A DNA stretch of 64,000 nucleotides from an uncultured Bacteroidota bacterium. Its GTDB lineage: Bacteria; Bacteroidota; Ignavibacteria; Kryptoniales; JAKASW01. Position numbers and translations under genes: made by a program. The notes under the pieces are model-generated. The model had not been told where the DNA came from and searched no databases. It was given only the letters and a program-made list of their open reading frames with translations. Below, in pieces: positions 1 through 10,949 of the stretch. Positions within the stretch are counted from its first letter, which is position 1. Every line of letters begins with the position of its first letter. The stretch covers positions 514,034 through 578,033 of the forward strand of contig CAWBQQ010000001.1 of assembly GCA_963790995.1 (NCBI GenBank). Reading direction: 5' to 3'.

Positions 1-205
1 CCGGTATCAAGGAGAAAAGCCTGAGAGGATAGCGAAACGATTGATTAAATGGAACGGCAGGATAGCCAACTCGAAGCATGATTAAGTTAAGAGATAATAA
101 AGAGAACTGATAAAAAAATATGACTTTTATGAATACATACCAAATGGAAGCTGCCGATGGGATACCGTACTGCAAACTTGACCGGCTAACCAGGAATTCT
201 AAGCT

Positions 206-2381
206 ATGAGGGAATCGATCTCTACACTGAGCGAAGGATTCGTTACCGAATACAGCAGTGCAATACAAGATTATTTCTCTAACGGCGGCGAGTTTGCTCT
301 CCATCGTGCTTACGAACTCGGGCGAGAAGCGTTGGACAATGGTCAGCCCATATTGGATGTCGCAAAACTCCACGCCGATGTCTTGCTCAAATCGCTCAGC
401 GGGGCGAAACCCGATGATGCGGCGGCGTTAATTACATCCGCGGCAGCATTTCTATCCGAGTTCCTCTCGCCGTTCGAAATGACTTTCAGGGGATTTTTGG
501 AAGCCGTGACGAGCTTAAAATTTGAAATTGCCGAACGACAACGCGTAGAAGAGGCAATGAAAGAAAGCGAACGTTATTACAAATCGCTGCTGGAGAACAC
601 CCAGGATATTGTGGCACTATTAGATGCCAATGGTTATGTGAAATACACGAGTCCATCCGTCGAAAAAATCCTCGGATATGCGCAGGACGAACTTGTAGGT
701 AAGAACGTGTTTCAGTTTATCCATCCGGATGACGTCGATTCAGTCCTTGAAATTATAAGCAGAAGCAAAACTGTCACACGATACCTGTCGAAAGTCGAAT
801 ATCGTATCAGGCATAAAAGCAGGAAGTGGTCAATCTTTGAATCCATAGGCAAGAACCTGCTTGACGATCCTTTTATCAAAGGCATAATTATCAATTCAAG
901 GGATATTACCGTTCGAAGAAGCCTGGAAGACATTCGGCGTAAATACGAATTCATCGCCAACGCTTCAAAGGAATTAATGGTTCTAATCAATGCAGACTAC
1001 AAATGCGAAGGTGTCAACGAGGCATTTTGCGCTGCCCTATCGCATAACCGTGAAGATGTCGTCGGCAATTTTATTTCCGAAGTCATTGGCGAAAATATAT
1101 TCTCTGAGACATTCAAAGCACATATCGATACGTGCTTCACCGGAATTGAAATCCGGTTTGAAGGTTGGCTGGAACTGCCGGCATTTGGACGAAAGTTTCT
1201 CGATTTATATTTTTATCCTTATCGTAATACAAATTCAGCTGTCACGCATATCGTGATCGTTATTCGCGATGCCACAAGCCGGGAGCTCGCACAGCAAGAA
1301 ATCAAATCATCGGAGGAAAAGTATCGAAGACTTTTCGAGACCTCAAAAGAGGGGGTGCTTCTGCTGGATGCGTCGAACCGGAGTAATTGCCGATGTCAAT
1401 TCTTTTACCCTCGATTTCCTCGGATATTCAAGGACGGAGCTTCTCGGCAAGAAGTTGTGGGAGATCGAAGCGGTGAAAGACATCCCCGAATCCAAGTTGG
1501 CATTCGAAGAAGTCGTGGAGAAGAATTCGGCACGGTACGTTGAGATTGAGTTAACCACCGCCGAAAATCAAAAAGTAAAAGTCGAATTTGTCTGGGTGAC
1601 TTATGAAGTGAAAGGTTCCAGGATAATTCAATGTCATTTGTGGGACGTTACCGAACGCAAAAAATTACAGGAAGAGCTTAACAGGACCGCCAAGCAACGC
1701 ACCGAAGACTTAAAGAAATTCGCTTTGTTGGCGCAACAGGCACAGGAGGAAGAACGCCACAGAATTTCAAGAGAGCTGCACGATGACATCTGCCAACGAC
1801 TGACTGCGCTTAATCTAAGCTTGAATGTTTTTGAGGATGCTGTAGGGGAACTTAAGAAGATCAATGTCGCGCCACTCCGCTCGGTAAAGAAGGAAATCAA
1901 CAATCTAATTGCGGATGTTAGAAGAATGTCGTATAACTTGCGTCCGTCTGCCCTCGATCACTTCGGGCTCGTCACCGCGCTTAAAACGTTTTGTGCCGAA
2001 TTTGAAAAACTGCAGGGTGTAAAAGTTGAATTGGAAACGAACATTACGCCGCACCAACGATATGACCCCGATACTGAAATCGCTTTGTACCGGATCGCGC
2101 AGGAGGCGATAACTAATAGTGTTAAGCATTCAAAAGTCAAGAACGCATATTTCAAAATAACAGAGGAGGGTGGATATCTCGTGCTGACAGTTGTCAACCG
2201 TGGAACGGGTTTCGATCCTGCGCACTTCTATGGTAAAGCCGGATCCGAAAAACATTTTGGACTTATCAACATGCGGGAACGCACGGAGCTTCTCGGCGGC
2301 ACTTTCCGCCTCGAATCAGCGGTTGGAAAAGGGACAACGGTTAGCGTGAAGGTTCCAATTGGTGTATCAAATGAAAACTGA
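206..2381 (+). pseudogene. Multi-PAS sensor histidine kinase (HisKA_3 + HATPase_c) with the reading frame broken near 1373-1377
   Basis: ORF 206-1543 carries PAS repeats. ORF 1269-2381 continues mid-PAS (TGVIADVNSFTLDFLGYSRTELLGKKLWE), then has the H-box HRISRELHDD, N-box ITNSVKHS and G-boxes. Removing 1 nt at TCGAA gives LLLDASTGVIADVN. Confidence 0.85.
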
Positions 2382-3051
2382 AAAGATTAGAGTAATTTTT
2401 GCCGATGACCATGGCATAGTACGCGATGGACTCCGGGCATTATTCAAGAGCGACCCGGAATTTGTTATCCTGGGCGAAGCTGCCGATGGCGCGGAAGCCG
2501 TAAAACTTGTGGAAAAACACAAACCCGACGTGGCGATTCTCGATATCTCGATGCCGAACGTTAACGGCATCGAAGCTACCAGCATGATAAAGAAGAGCTA
2601 TCCGGCGACGAAAGTTCTCATACTTACGATCCATGATAACGAAGAGTATATTCAGGAAATGATCGTGGCGGGCGCCGATGGATATGTCGTGAAGAATGCG
2701 GAGAAGAGAGAGATATTCGACGGCGTGCGGGCGGTCGCAGGCGGCGCGACTTTCTTCAGCCCGAGCGTTTCAAAGGTTTTGCTGGAAGGCATTGTTAGAA
2801 GGACGAGAAACAAGGAGCCGATGTCGCTCAACGGGGGAGGAGATAAGCTGACGAAGCGTGAAATTGAAATCCTCCGCTTGATAGCAGACGGAATGACGAG
2901 CAAGCAAATTGCCAACAAATTATCACTGAGCGTTACAACCATAACAAGCCACCGCTCGAACATTATGAAAAAATTAGGAATACATGAAACTGTCGGCCTG
3001 ATAAAGTATGCAATTCAGAAGAATTTGGTGATCGTCAAGCAAAAGGGATAA
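2371..3051 (+). CDS. NarL/FixJ-type response regulator (REC + LuxR HTH)
   Basis: IRVIFADDH...VAILDISMP receiver motifs and C-terminal LTKREIEILRLIADGMTSKQIA HTH. ATG at 2371 overlaps the kinase stop. The ORF track starts at TTG 2359. Confidence 0.9.
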   Translation: MKTEKIRVIFADDHGIVRDGLRALFKSDPEFVILGEAADGAEAVKLVEKHKPDVAILDISMPNVNGIEATSMIKKSYPATKVLILTIHDNEEYIQEMIVAGADGYVVKNAEKREIFDGVRAVAGGATFFSPSVSKVLLEGIVRRTRNKEPMSLNGGGDKLTKREIEILRLIADGMTSKQIANKLSLSVTTITSHRSNIMKKLGIHETVGLIKYAIQKNLVIVKQKG

Positions 3052-3239
3052 AAATCAAGGAGATCGGAAAGCAGAGAGCCGCAATTATTGAACGAGGGGC
3101 AAAACTTGCAATTTTTTCTCTTCAATGATCTCATCATGGAGCTTGTTTTCCATACCTTTAGCCGACCCTCTCGAAGACATCCTCTTTTAAAAACTCTTAT
3201 CTACCCGGCTTCCTACGTCCAATTTTTTGCCGGGTGTGG

Positions 3240-4082
3240 TCAGTAACCGAGCGCTTTCAAATGTGCGGCAAGCAGCTCCGGATTCTCGTCGAGAAAATGC
3301 CGGGCAAAAAGCCGTGCCCTCTGAACCTCCGATAAATCGATCTCTGAATAAATAATGTCCTCATCGAATAATTTTACTTTCGAGATTATTTCACCATGCG
3401 GGGACACAACTTCCGAGCCGCCCCAAAAGTTTACTCCATCCTCAAAACCGACGCGGTTTGCGAAGGCAAGATAGACGCTGAGCAAGCGAGCAAAACTCTT
3501 ATGCTGCTCGCTGTTGGCAACGTATCCGGAATATTCTTCCGAACCACCGGAAAGTCTCGTGGGGCTTGCCGCTGATGCAAGAATGAGCATCGCTCCTTGA
3601 ACGGCTAAAATGTAAGGAAGTGAAATGTGCCAGAGGTCTTCACAGATCAAGAGTCCAAGTCTGCCAAATTTTGTGTCGAATGCCATCACTTCCCTTCCGG
3701 GCAGAAAATATCTTTGCTCTTCAAAAATTCCGTAAGTGGGCAAATAAACCTTGTGATGAACGTGCTTGATCGTTCCATCTTCAAAATAGATTAAGCTATT
3801 TCTTATCGCGCCGCTCGCATCCTTAATTATCGCGCCAACAGCAATAGAGATTTCCTTGCTGAGTAACTTCAGCGGATCGAACAAATTATCGCCGAGTTCC
3901 AGCGCAATTTCCGCATTCAAATCGCGAACGGAATATCCGGTTAAACTCAACTCAGGGAAAAGCACCAAGCGTGCTCCATTCTTCGCGGCTTGCTGCACAA
4001 TTTCAAAGTGGTGTTCAAGATTACATTTGATATCCCCAAGCTTCGGCCTGATTTGTCCGATTGCTAATGTGAACTTTGGCAA
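3240..4082 (-). CDS. Carbon-nitrogen hydrolase family protein (nitrilase/amidase-like)
   Basis: Glu-Lys-Cys triad context: FPELSLTGY, HHKVYLPTYG, LLICEDLWH. Confidence 0.85.
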   Translation of the reverse strand: MPKFTLAIGQIRPKLGDIKCNLEHHFEIVQQAAKNGARLVLFPELSLTGYSVRDLNAEIALELGDNLFDPLKLLSKEISIAVGAIIKDASGAIRNSLIYFEDGTIKHVHHKVYLPTYGIFEEQRYFLPGREVMAFDTKFGRLGLLICEDLWHISLPYILAVQGAMLILASAASPTRLSGGSEEYSGYVANSEQHKSFARLLSVYLAFANRVGFEDGVNFWGGSEVVSPHGEIISKVKLFDEDIIYSEIDLSEVQRARLFARHFLDENPELLAAHLKALGY

Positions 4083-4247
4083 AATGTGCTCCGATTATTT
4101 TTTACGCTATGCATTCCCGATTATTCAGATTTAACGGCTGAGACCGCCGTGCCTTGGCAAGCCTACCTTCAAATAGTTACGGTCTCTTTGCGCCGTACCC
4201 ATTTTCGGCGTCAACGATGTTCGAAACTATAAGCGAAACAGTCAAAA

Positions 4248-4697
4248 CTATTCCTCTAAAACATCGTTCGGAAGCTCCTCCTGCTCTCCGGCCACCGGCG
4301 GCAATTTGCTTTCCAACACCTCGCCGACTTCTGCAAGCGATGTCTTTAGGCCGTGGTAGAAATTACTCTTAGAAAAATGTTCCGTCAATTTTCCTGCAAT
4401 ATTTGTCCAAAATTCTTCGGGAAGGACGGAGATGATTCCGCGGTCGGCAAGCAATTCGAATTTTCTCTCGTTAAGAAGAATGAAGACAAGAATTCCCGTG
4501 CCGAGTTTCGTTTTGTTAATTCCGAGTGTCCCGAACTCGAGTTCTGCTACCTGGCGCGCCGTCAGCTTTCGTTCACTCCAGTGCTTTCTATGCCGTACCA
4601 CTATGCGAATCTCGGCGCTCGTTTTCTTCTCGATCTCGGCGATTTGCCCGCTGAGCTGGTGAAGCTCGATTTTTGTCAGAATTTTGTGTCGAATCAT
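4248..4697 (-). CDS. TPM-domain (TLP18.3/Psb32-like) protein
   Basis: EIRIVVR...[21 protein letters not shown] is typical of the TPM_phosphatase fold. 4-nt overlap with the upstream DAHP synthase gene. Confidence 0.7.
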   Translation of the reverse strand: MIRHKILTKIELHQLSGQIAEIEKKTSAEIRIVVRHRKHWSERKLTARQVAELEFGTLGINKTKLGTGILVFILLNERKFELLADRGIISVLPEEFWTNIAGKLTEHFSKSNFYHGLKTSLAEVGEVLESKLPPVAGEQEELPNDVLEE

Positions 4698-5713
4698 AAA
4701 GAGAAACTCCTGTTAAAAACCGGAGCGATCTTCCTGAGCTTTTCCGTCAGCTCCGCAAACCTATCCGGTCGAAGCGACTGCCTGCCGTCCGACAACGCAT
4801 TCTCCGGGTGCGGATGCACTTCTACTAATAGTCCATCAGCCCCTGCGGCAACTGCCGCCAATGCCATCGGGGTGACAAGCTCCCAGCTTCCCGTACCATG
4901 GCTCGGATCGACTATCACGGGAAGGTGCGACAAATGTTTGACCATCGGGACGGCGTTCAAATCGAGTGTGCTCCTGGTGTAAGTCTCAAAGGTCCTGATT
5001 CCTCGCTCGCACAACACGATGTTGTAATTTCCCTGGGACGCTATATACTCTGCAGCCATCAGCCATTCTTCTATCGTCGCCGCCAAACCGCGCTTGAGAA
5101 GAACCGGTTTCCTGGTTCGTCCAACCGCCTCGAGTAATGAAAAGTTGTGCATGTTCCGCGCACCGATCTGAAGCATATCCGAGTATTCGCCGACGATCTG
5201 AACAGTTTCCGTATCTTTGACCTCGGTCACGACGCCCAGGTTGAATTTATCAGCCGCTTCGCGGAGATATTTTAGTCCTTCTTCTTTCAAACCCTGGAAT
5301 GAATACGGAGAAGTCCTCGGCTTGTAAGCGCCCCCCCGCAGGATTTTGGCACCTTGAGACTTCACAAATTCTGCCGTCTCCATGATTTGTGACTTACTTT
5401 CGACGGAACATGGACCGGCCATCATAACCAATTCTTCTCCGCCAATATCGACGTTCTTCAAACGAATTACCGTATCTTCCGGTTTCACATCGCGGCTGAC
5501 AAGCTTATACGGCTGGCTTACCGGAATGCACTCGACAACTGCGGGCAAATTCGAGAAGATACTTTGGTCAACAATTCCTTTATTGCCGGTAATTCCGATC
5601 GCGATTCGGAGCGAGCCGGGAATCTCGTGCGGTGTCCAGCCCATCGAGCGTACTTTATCCTTGACTTGCTCGATTTGTTCATCCGTCGCATTTTTATCCA
5701 TTATTATTAACAT
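4694..5713 (-). CDS. aroF: 3-deoxy-7-phosphoheptulonate (DAHP) synthase, type I-beta with N-terminal ferredoxin-like regulatory domain
   Basis: GPCSVES...[19 protein letters not shown]...DPSHGTG motifs, 339 aa. Confidence 0.9.
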   Translation of the reverse strand: MLIIMDKNATDEQIEQVKDKVRSMGWTPHEIPGSLRIAIGITGNKGIVDQSIFSNLPAVVECIPVSQPYKLVSRDVKPEDTVIRLKNVDIGGEELVMMAGPCSVESKSQIMETAEFVKSQGAKILRGGAYKPRTSPYSFQGLKEEGLKYLREAADKFNLGVVTEVKDTETVQIVGEYSDMLQIGARNMHNFSLLEAVGRTRKPVLLKRGLAATIEEWLMAAEYIASQGNYNIVLCERGIRTFETYTRSTLDLNAVPMVKHLSHLPVIVDPSHGTGSWELVTPMALAAVAAGADGLLVEVHPHPENALSDGRQSLRPDRFAELTEKLRKIAPVFNRSFSL

Positions 5714-5792
5714 ATGACTAAACTGTCAATCTGAGATCGTAATTGTAAATTCATTCTTGTCTTTCGCTTTGTCCACATCAACGGCTTCATAT

Positions 5793-6620
5793 TTACCAGC
5801 TTCCACCTGCTCCACCACCACCAAACGATCCACCGCCGCCGCTGAATCCGCCGCCACCGCCGCCTCCGAAGCCGCCAAACCCGCCCCCTCCAAAACCTCC
5901 CATCGGCGGAAAGAACCAGCCGCTCCTTCTAGCTCCACGAGAAGATGCCGAATATCGCCTGCTCCAGAACAGCATTCGAAAAACTGGCGCAATCAGGAAA
6001 AGGAAAAATAATGGATTGACTCCTCTTAACGGGTTGGAGTTACCTCGATCACTAACGTCGGCGTGAAAGGTTCCAGCAATCAATGCCGTGAGAGCGGTGA
6101 TACCTTTATCTATACCATCATAATAATCCCCCGACTTAAATTCAGGCACGACAATCTGGTCAGAGATATAACTCGCGTATGCATCTGTTACGACTCCTTC
6201 CAGTCCATACCCGACCTGAAACCATGTCTTATGGTCTCCGATGTCAACAAGAAAAACTATGCCGTTGTCCTTCCCTTTTTTGCCGACCTTATTTTTTTCG
6301 GCCACCGACATTGAATACGAAAAGACATCGGCGCCGGGAACGGAATCCACCACGAGGACAACAATCTGGTTTAACGTCGAATCTTGATAAGCCTTGAGGC
6401 GCGCATCTAACGTTCCTTGCTCCTCGGGACTGAGAACGCCTGCTTGATCGGTGACATACTGCGTGAGCGATGGGACATTCTCAGGATTATATTGCTGAAA
6501 TGAAAAAGCGGTGTGCGCGCCAAATGCGAAGGATAGGAAACCGGCAAGGAACAACATCTTGTATAGGGTCCCAGCATTCGCAGGTTTGGAAAATCGCGTC
6601 AATGGAAATATAGTGAGCAT
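5793..6620 (-). CDS. TPM-domain membrane protein (YgcG-like) with Gly-rich C-terminal tail
   Basis: Signal/TM segment, TPM core (IVVLVVDS...GIVFLVDIGDHK), TM segment, then a GGFGGGGFGG tail. The start abuts the LemA stop; an alternative ATG lies at 6557. Confidence 0.75.
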   Translation of the reverse strand: MLTIFPLTRFSKPANAGTLYKMLFLAGFLSFAFGAHTAFSFQQYNPENVPSLTQYVTDQAGVLSPEEQGTLDARLKAYQDSTLNQIVVLVVDSVPGADVFSYSMSVAEKNKVGKKGKDNGIVFLVDIGDHKTWFQVGYGLEGVVTDAYASYISDQIVVPEFKSGDYYDGIDKGITALTALIAGTFHADVSDRGNSNPLRGVNPLFFLFLIAPVFRMLFWSRRYSASSRGARRSGWFFPPMGGFGGGGFGGFGGGGGGGFSGGGGSFGGGGAGGSW

Positions 6621-7233
6621 CTAAAACTGTACTTTCGGAGCAGCGCTGGCACCTTCTTGTGCCTGGAAATATGGCCGCTCATGAAAACCTGTGAATGATG
6701 CGATGATCGAAGACGGTACTCTCCTTACAAGAACGTTATACCCCTGGACTGCCAAATTGAACCGTTCCCTTCCGACAGCTATTCGATTTTCGGTTCCCTC
6801 AAGCTGCGATTGCAGAGCTAGAAAATTTTGATCCGCCTTCAGATTCGGATAATTCTCAGAGACTGCAAGAAGATGAGTCAAGGCTCCGCTCAGTGCATCC
6901 TGAGCCTGCTGGAATCTCTGAAATGCTTGCGGGTTATTCAGCACTTCAGGTGTAATAGTCAATTTGCCCACGCTTCGATCGCGCGGCTGCAACGTTTTCA
7001 AAAACTTCCGACTCATGCTTCGCATAGCCTTTGACAGTTTCAACGAGATTCGGGATCAAATCGTATCTCCGCTGATATTGTGTTTCCACCTGTCCCCAGG
7101 CTTGCTTGACATTTTCGTCATTGGATACAAGATTGTTATAAGTCCCGAATACCCAGGCGAACACGCCAATAGCTATAAGGATAATAACGCCCACGATTGA
7201 TAATGCGATTATCGCTCCTCGCGACATGATCAA
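6621..7233 (-). pseudogene. lemA: LemA family protein, frame broken near 6974-6978
   Basis: The N-terminal half (ORF 6946-7233: TM + NNLV...[21 protein letters not shown]) and the C-terminal half (ORF 6621-7043: ...SENYPNLKADQNF...ENRIAVGRERFN) are in frames offset by 1. Total length 613 nt is not a multiple of 3. Confidence 0.85.
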
Positions 7234-7408
7234 CTCCTTTTTATTCTTTTTAATTTAGGTAAGGACTCTTTGAAACTCAAGTTTATTAGGTCAAAGTTAA
7301 AAACCCGCGGATTGGAAAATTTAGAATCCATAAACCTCCTCTTTTTACCTTATCTTGTTTAATTCTGCCTTCAATTTTAATTTGATCAAACGAGAAAGAA
7401 AACGCTAA

Positions 7409-8844
7409 ATGTCTGAAAAACTTATATTCGAACTAACGCACAAGGGACGAAAAGGTTACACTCTTCCGAAGCTCGACGTACCTCTCAATTCGGAAATTCA
7501 GGAAAATTTTCTGCGTTCTGCTCCCGCCGATTTGCCGGAGGTGAGCGAGAATGAAGTGGTACGCCACTTTGTTCGCCTGTCCACGATGAACTATCATATC
7601 GACAAAGGATTTTACCCGCTCGGCTCTTGTACCATGAAATACAACCCGAAAGTCAACGAGAAGACTTCGGCTATGCCTGGAAATGCCGACATCCATCCGC
7701 TTGAGCCGCAGGAAGCCGTTCAGGGCGCACTTGAGATTATGTACAATCTTTCGGAGATGCTGCGCGAAATCGCCGGCATGTCCGTGGTTTCGCTCCAGCC
7801 TGCTGCCGGCGCGCAGGGTGAACTGACGGGCATCATGCTCATAGAAAATATCACGAATCGAGAGGCAAGGTACGCAGCAAGATTCTTGTGCCCGATTCGG
7901 CTCATGGCACAAATCCGGCGAGCGTGGCAATCAGCGGGTATAAAGCCGTCAGCGTAAAGTCCAACGAAAACGGTACCGTCGATCTCGAAGATTTACAGGC
8001 GCATCTCGATGATGAAGTCGCAGGGATGATGCTGACGAATCCGAATACTCTCGGCATCTTCGAGAAAGACATCGTGAAGTATCTGTTTATGGTGCATGAT
8101 GCCGGCGGGCTCATGTACATGGATGGCGCAAACCTGAATGCAATCGTCGGACTCGTTCGGCCCGGCGATATGGGCTTCGATGTTGTCCACATAAATTTGC
8201 ACAAGACTTTCTCCACACCGCACGGCGGCGGCGGGCCCGGCTCCGGCCCTGTTGCGGTAAATGATAAACTACAAGATTTCCTTCCGGTGCCGGTAATTGA
8301 AAAACATGGCAACGATTTTATCTTGAACTTCAATAAACCAAACAGCATTGGAAAGATCCATTCTTTCTTCGGCAATTTCGGAATGCTTGTCCGTGCTTAC
8401 ACTTACATTCTCTCGCATGGACCCGATGGATTGAGAAACAACAGCATCAATGCGGTCATCAACGCAAATTATCTTCTCAGCAGACTCCGCAATTCATTCG
8501 TTCTTCCCTACAAGGCGACGCCGATGCACGAGTTTGTCCTCTCTGCGGACAAGCAGAAAGACCGCGGCGTAAAGACTATCGATATCGCAAAGAGGCTTCT
8601 CGATTACGGCTTTCATGCGCCCACGATTTACTTTCCGCTCATCGTTCACGAAGCATTGATGATCGAACCGACAGAAACGGAGGCCAAAGAGACTCTCGAC
8701 GAATTTGCGGACGCTCTGCTGAAAATTAACGAGGAGACAAAAACTTCACCTGACACCGTCCGCTCTGCACCGGCGACAACGCCTATTCACCGTTTGGATG
8801 ATGCGCTCGCCGCTCGCAATGTAAATGTTTGCTTTAAGGAATAA
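7409..8844 (+). pseudogene. gcvPB: Glycine dehydrogenase (decarboxylating) subunit 2, frame broken at 7841-7850
   Basis: ORF 7409-7957 and ORF 7888-8844 join as ...GELTGIMLI(x)[26 protein letters not shown] if one A is added in the run at 7845-7849. Confidence 0.9.
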
Positions 8845-9255
8845 ATGATAATTGCAGACGATAAACAGATTGCTGAAATACTCAAAAACTCAAAGACTAT
8901 AGCGGTTGTCGGAGCTTCACAGGATCCGAATAGAGACAGCAACGGGATAATGCGGTATCTTCTCGAGTGCGGATTTGAAGTTATTCCAGTCAATCCGAAA
9001 TACGACGAAGTCCTCGGCAAAAAATGCTATCCGACAGTATGCAGCATCGGGAAGCCGATTGATCTCGTCGATGTTTTCAGAAGAAGCGAGTTCGTCGATG
9101 AGGTCGCTAATGACGCAGTTGCAGCAAAGGCAAAGGTCCTTTGGATGCAATTAGGAGTGATAAACGAAACTGCGGCTCAGTACGCGACAGACCATGGCAT
9201 GAAGGTGGTCATGAACAAATGTATCGCGGTCGAGCACAGAAAGCTGATCAAATAG
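8845..9255 (+). CDS. CoA-binding domain protein (YccU-like)
   Basis: IAVVGASQDPNRDSNGIMRYL...VIPVNPKY...VDVFRRSE pattern. Confidence 0.8.
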   Translation: MIIADDKQIAEILKNSKTIAVVGASQDPNRDSNGIMRYLLECGFEVIPVNPKYDEVLGKKCYPTVCSIGKPIDLVDVFRRSEFVDEVANDAVAAKAKVLWMQLGVINETAAQYATDHGMKVVMNKCIAVEHRKLIK

Positions 9256-9384
9256 ACATTATTTGTCAACCTACTCAATTTTGACGTTTGAGTTACCACA
9301 AGTCACGTGCGAAAAAAAAGCCACGAAATCTACAAGTAAGAAGCGTCTTTTCGCTGTGTGTTAGTTGCAGTCGCGCGTCTCATT

Positions 9385-10620
9385 TCAAAAGTAGAAGCTT
9401 CTTGGTATCATGGTACGTCCCTGCTTCAAGTCTGTAGAAATATACTCCGCTCGGCAGGGGTTCCCGGCACTGAAGGAAACGGAATGCGTCCCCGCGATCT
9501 CACGTTCACTAACAAGTACTTTCACTTCTCTTCCGAGGACATCGTAAACTTTCAAGGTCACGAGGCTGTTCGTCGGTAGCAGATAACCGATAAAGGTGGT
9601 GGGATTGAACGGATTAGGGTAGTTCTGTTCCAGTGAAAAAGCACTTGGCAATTCTGAACGAGGCGTATCCCGCACTGCGGTTGCGATTTCGGACAGCGGC
9701 CGTCGCCACACCCCCGAACTATCCGCTACAAAAATATTACTATCGCTGACGACAAGACCGCCATGAGCGCCATAATAGTCCTCGGTTAGGCCGGAATTGA
9801 AGGCTATCCAGCTCGTACCGCTGTTAGTCGAAAGAAAAACACCGACAGGAGTGCTTGCAAATATATTGTTGCCGCTGGTGGCAAAATCAGAAACACCGCC
9901 GTCGGGCAAGCCGGATTTGGCAGCAGTCCAGATGGTGCCGTTATTGGTCGAAAGAAAAACACCGATAGGAGTGCCAGCAAAAATATTACCGCCGCTGATG
10001 GCGAGAGCAGTAATAATACTGTCGGTCAAGCCAGAATCCGCGGCTGTCCAGATCTTGCCGCTATTGGTCGAAACAAAGATGCCGCCGCTCCAAGTGCCTG
10101 CAAAGATATTACTGCCGCTGATGGCAAAATCCCAAAGGTACTCACTTGCCAATCCGGAATCGACGGCTGTCCAGCTTGTGCCGCTGTTGGTTGAAAGATA
10201 AACGCCGCCGGTATCAGGGCGCGGAACATCAGTGCCTGCAAAAATATTGTCGCCGCTGATGGCAAGAGCAAAAACATATCCGTCGGTCAAGCCGGAATCG
10301 CTAACGATCCAGCTTGTGCCGTTGTTGGTCGAAAGATAAACGCCGTTGCCATTAGTGCCTGCAAAAATATCATTGCCGCTGACGGCAAGAGCAACAACGA
10401 CGGTGTAGGGTGCCAGGCCGGAATCGACGGCTGTCCAGCTTGTGCCGCTATTAGTCGAAAGAAAGACGCCGTTACCTCCTGCAAATATATTACTGCCGTT
10501 GATAGCAAGGCAATTGACCTGTCCATGTGTTCCACTTGTTTGCACCCATTGTGCAAGCAGGGGATCTAAGTAAGCGGTTGATAAAGTCGCCGCCAAAAGA
10601 AACCTGAGAATGTGTTTCAT
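9385..10620 (-). CDS. Secreted BNR/Asp-box-like propeller repeat protein with T9SS C-terminal sorting domain
   Basis: Signal peptide, about 8 repeats of NIFAGT..GVFLSTNSGTSWTAxDSGL, then QNYPNPFNPTT...LKVYDVLGREV. Confidence 0.8.
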   Translation of the reverse strand: MKHILRFLLAATLSTAYLDPLLAQWVQTSGTHGQVNCLAINGSNIFAGGNGVFLSTNSGTSWTAVDSGLAPYTVVVALAVSGNDIFAGTNGNGVYLSTNNGTSWIVSDSGLTDGYVFALAISGDNIFAGTDVPRPDTGGVYLSTNSGTSWTAVDSGLASEYLWDFAISGSNIFAGTWSGGIFVSTNSGKIWTAADSGLTDSIITALAISGGNIFAGTPIGVFLSTNNGTIWTAAKSGLPDGGVSDFATSGNNIFASTPVGVFLSTNSGTSWIAFNSGLTEDYYGAHGGLVVSDSNIFVADSSGVWRRPLSEIATAVRDTPRSELPSAFSLEQNYPNPFNPTTFIGYLLPTNSLVTLKVYDVLGREVKVLVSEREIAGTHSVSFSAGNPCRAEYISTDLKQGRTMIPRSFYF

Positions 10621-10949
10621 TTGTATCTCCTTCAGTAAAAACCATAAAGCGCAATTGCAACTAAAAATTTGAACTCCTCCATATTGCGTGTTTCTGTCAT
10701 CTCCAACATGTGACGCCCACTTTTGCGGGATTCTGCTTTTTCACCGCCGTTCGCTTCACCTTCATCCCGTGGGATAAAATGAATCATGAACAAGAGGCAA
10801 TGTTTAGAAGCCCATCTCACGGGAATAATCTATTTCTTTAAGCCATGAACTTCAAATCACCGTCTTTGTCCGGCACACCAGGACAAAAGAAAATACGAGC
10901 ATAATGGTCACGAATTCCTTAACCTTTCAGACAGCCTAACTTCGCCGGC

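Noticed and set aside
1-205. Possible partial gene or RNA at the left edge.
   Set aside because: Stops occur in all frames within the first ~25-60 nt and no recognisable structure is present. It is treated as intergenic.
4353-4982. 209-aa plus-strand ORF. Similar long antisense ORFs lie at 55463-56077 and 56644-57189.
   Set aside because: They are antisense to motif-supported genes (TPM/aroF, crcB/dynamin) and have low-complexity, stop-poor composition only.
5726-6011. ORFs 5726-5992 (-) and 5757-6011 (+), rich in Ala, Ser and Glu.
   Set aside because: They are alternative-frame or antisense readings of the GGC/GGT-rich segment encoding the Gly-rich tail of the TPM protein.
7234-7408. Glycine riboswitch upstream of gcvPB.
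   Set aside because: The region is AT-rich and lacks the GGAGAG...ACCGAAGGGGCAA core.
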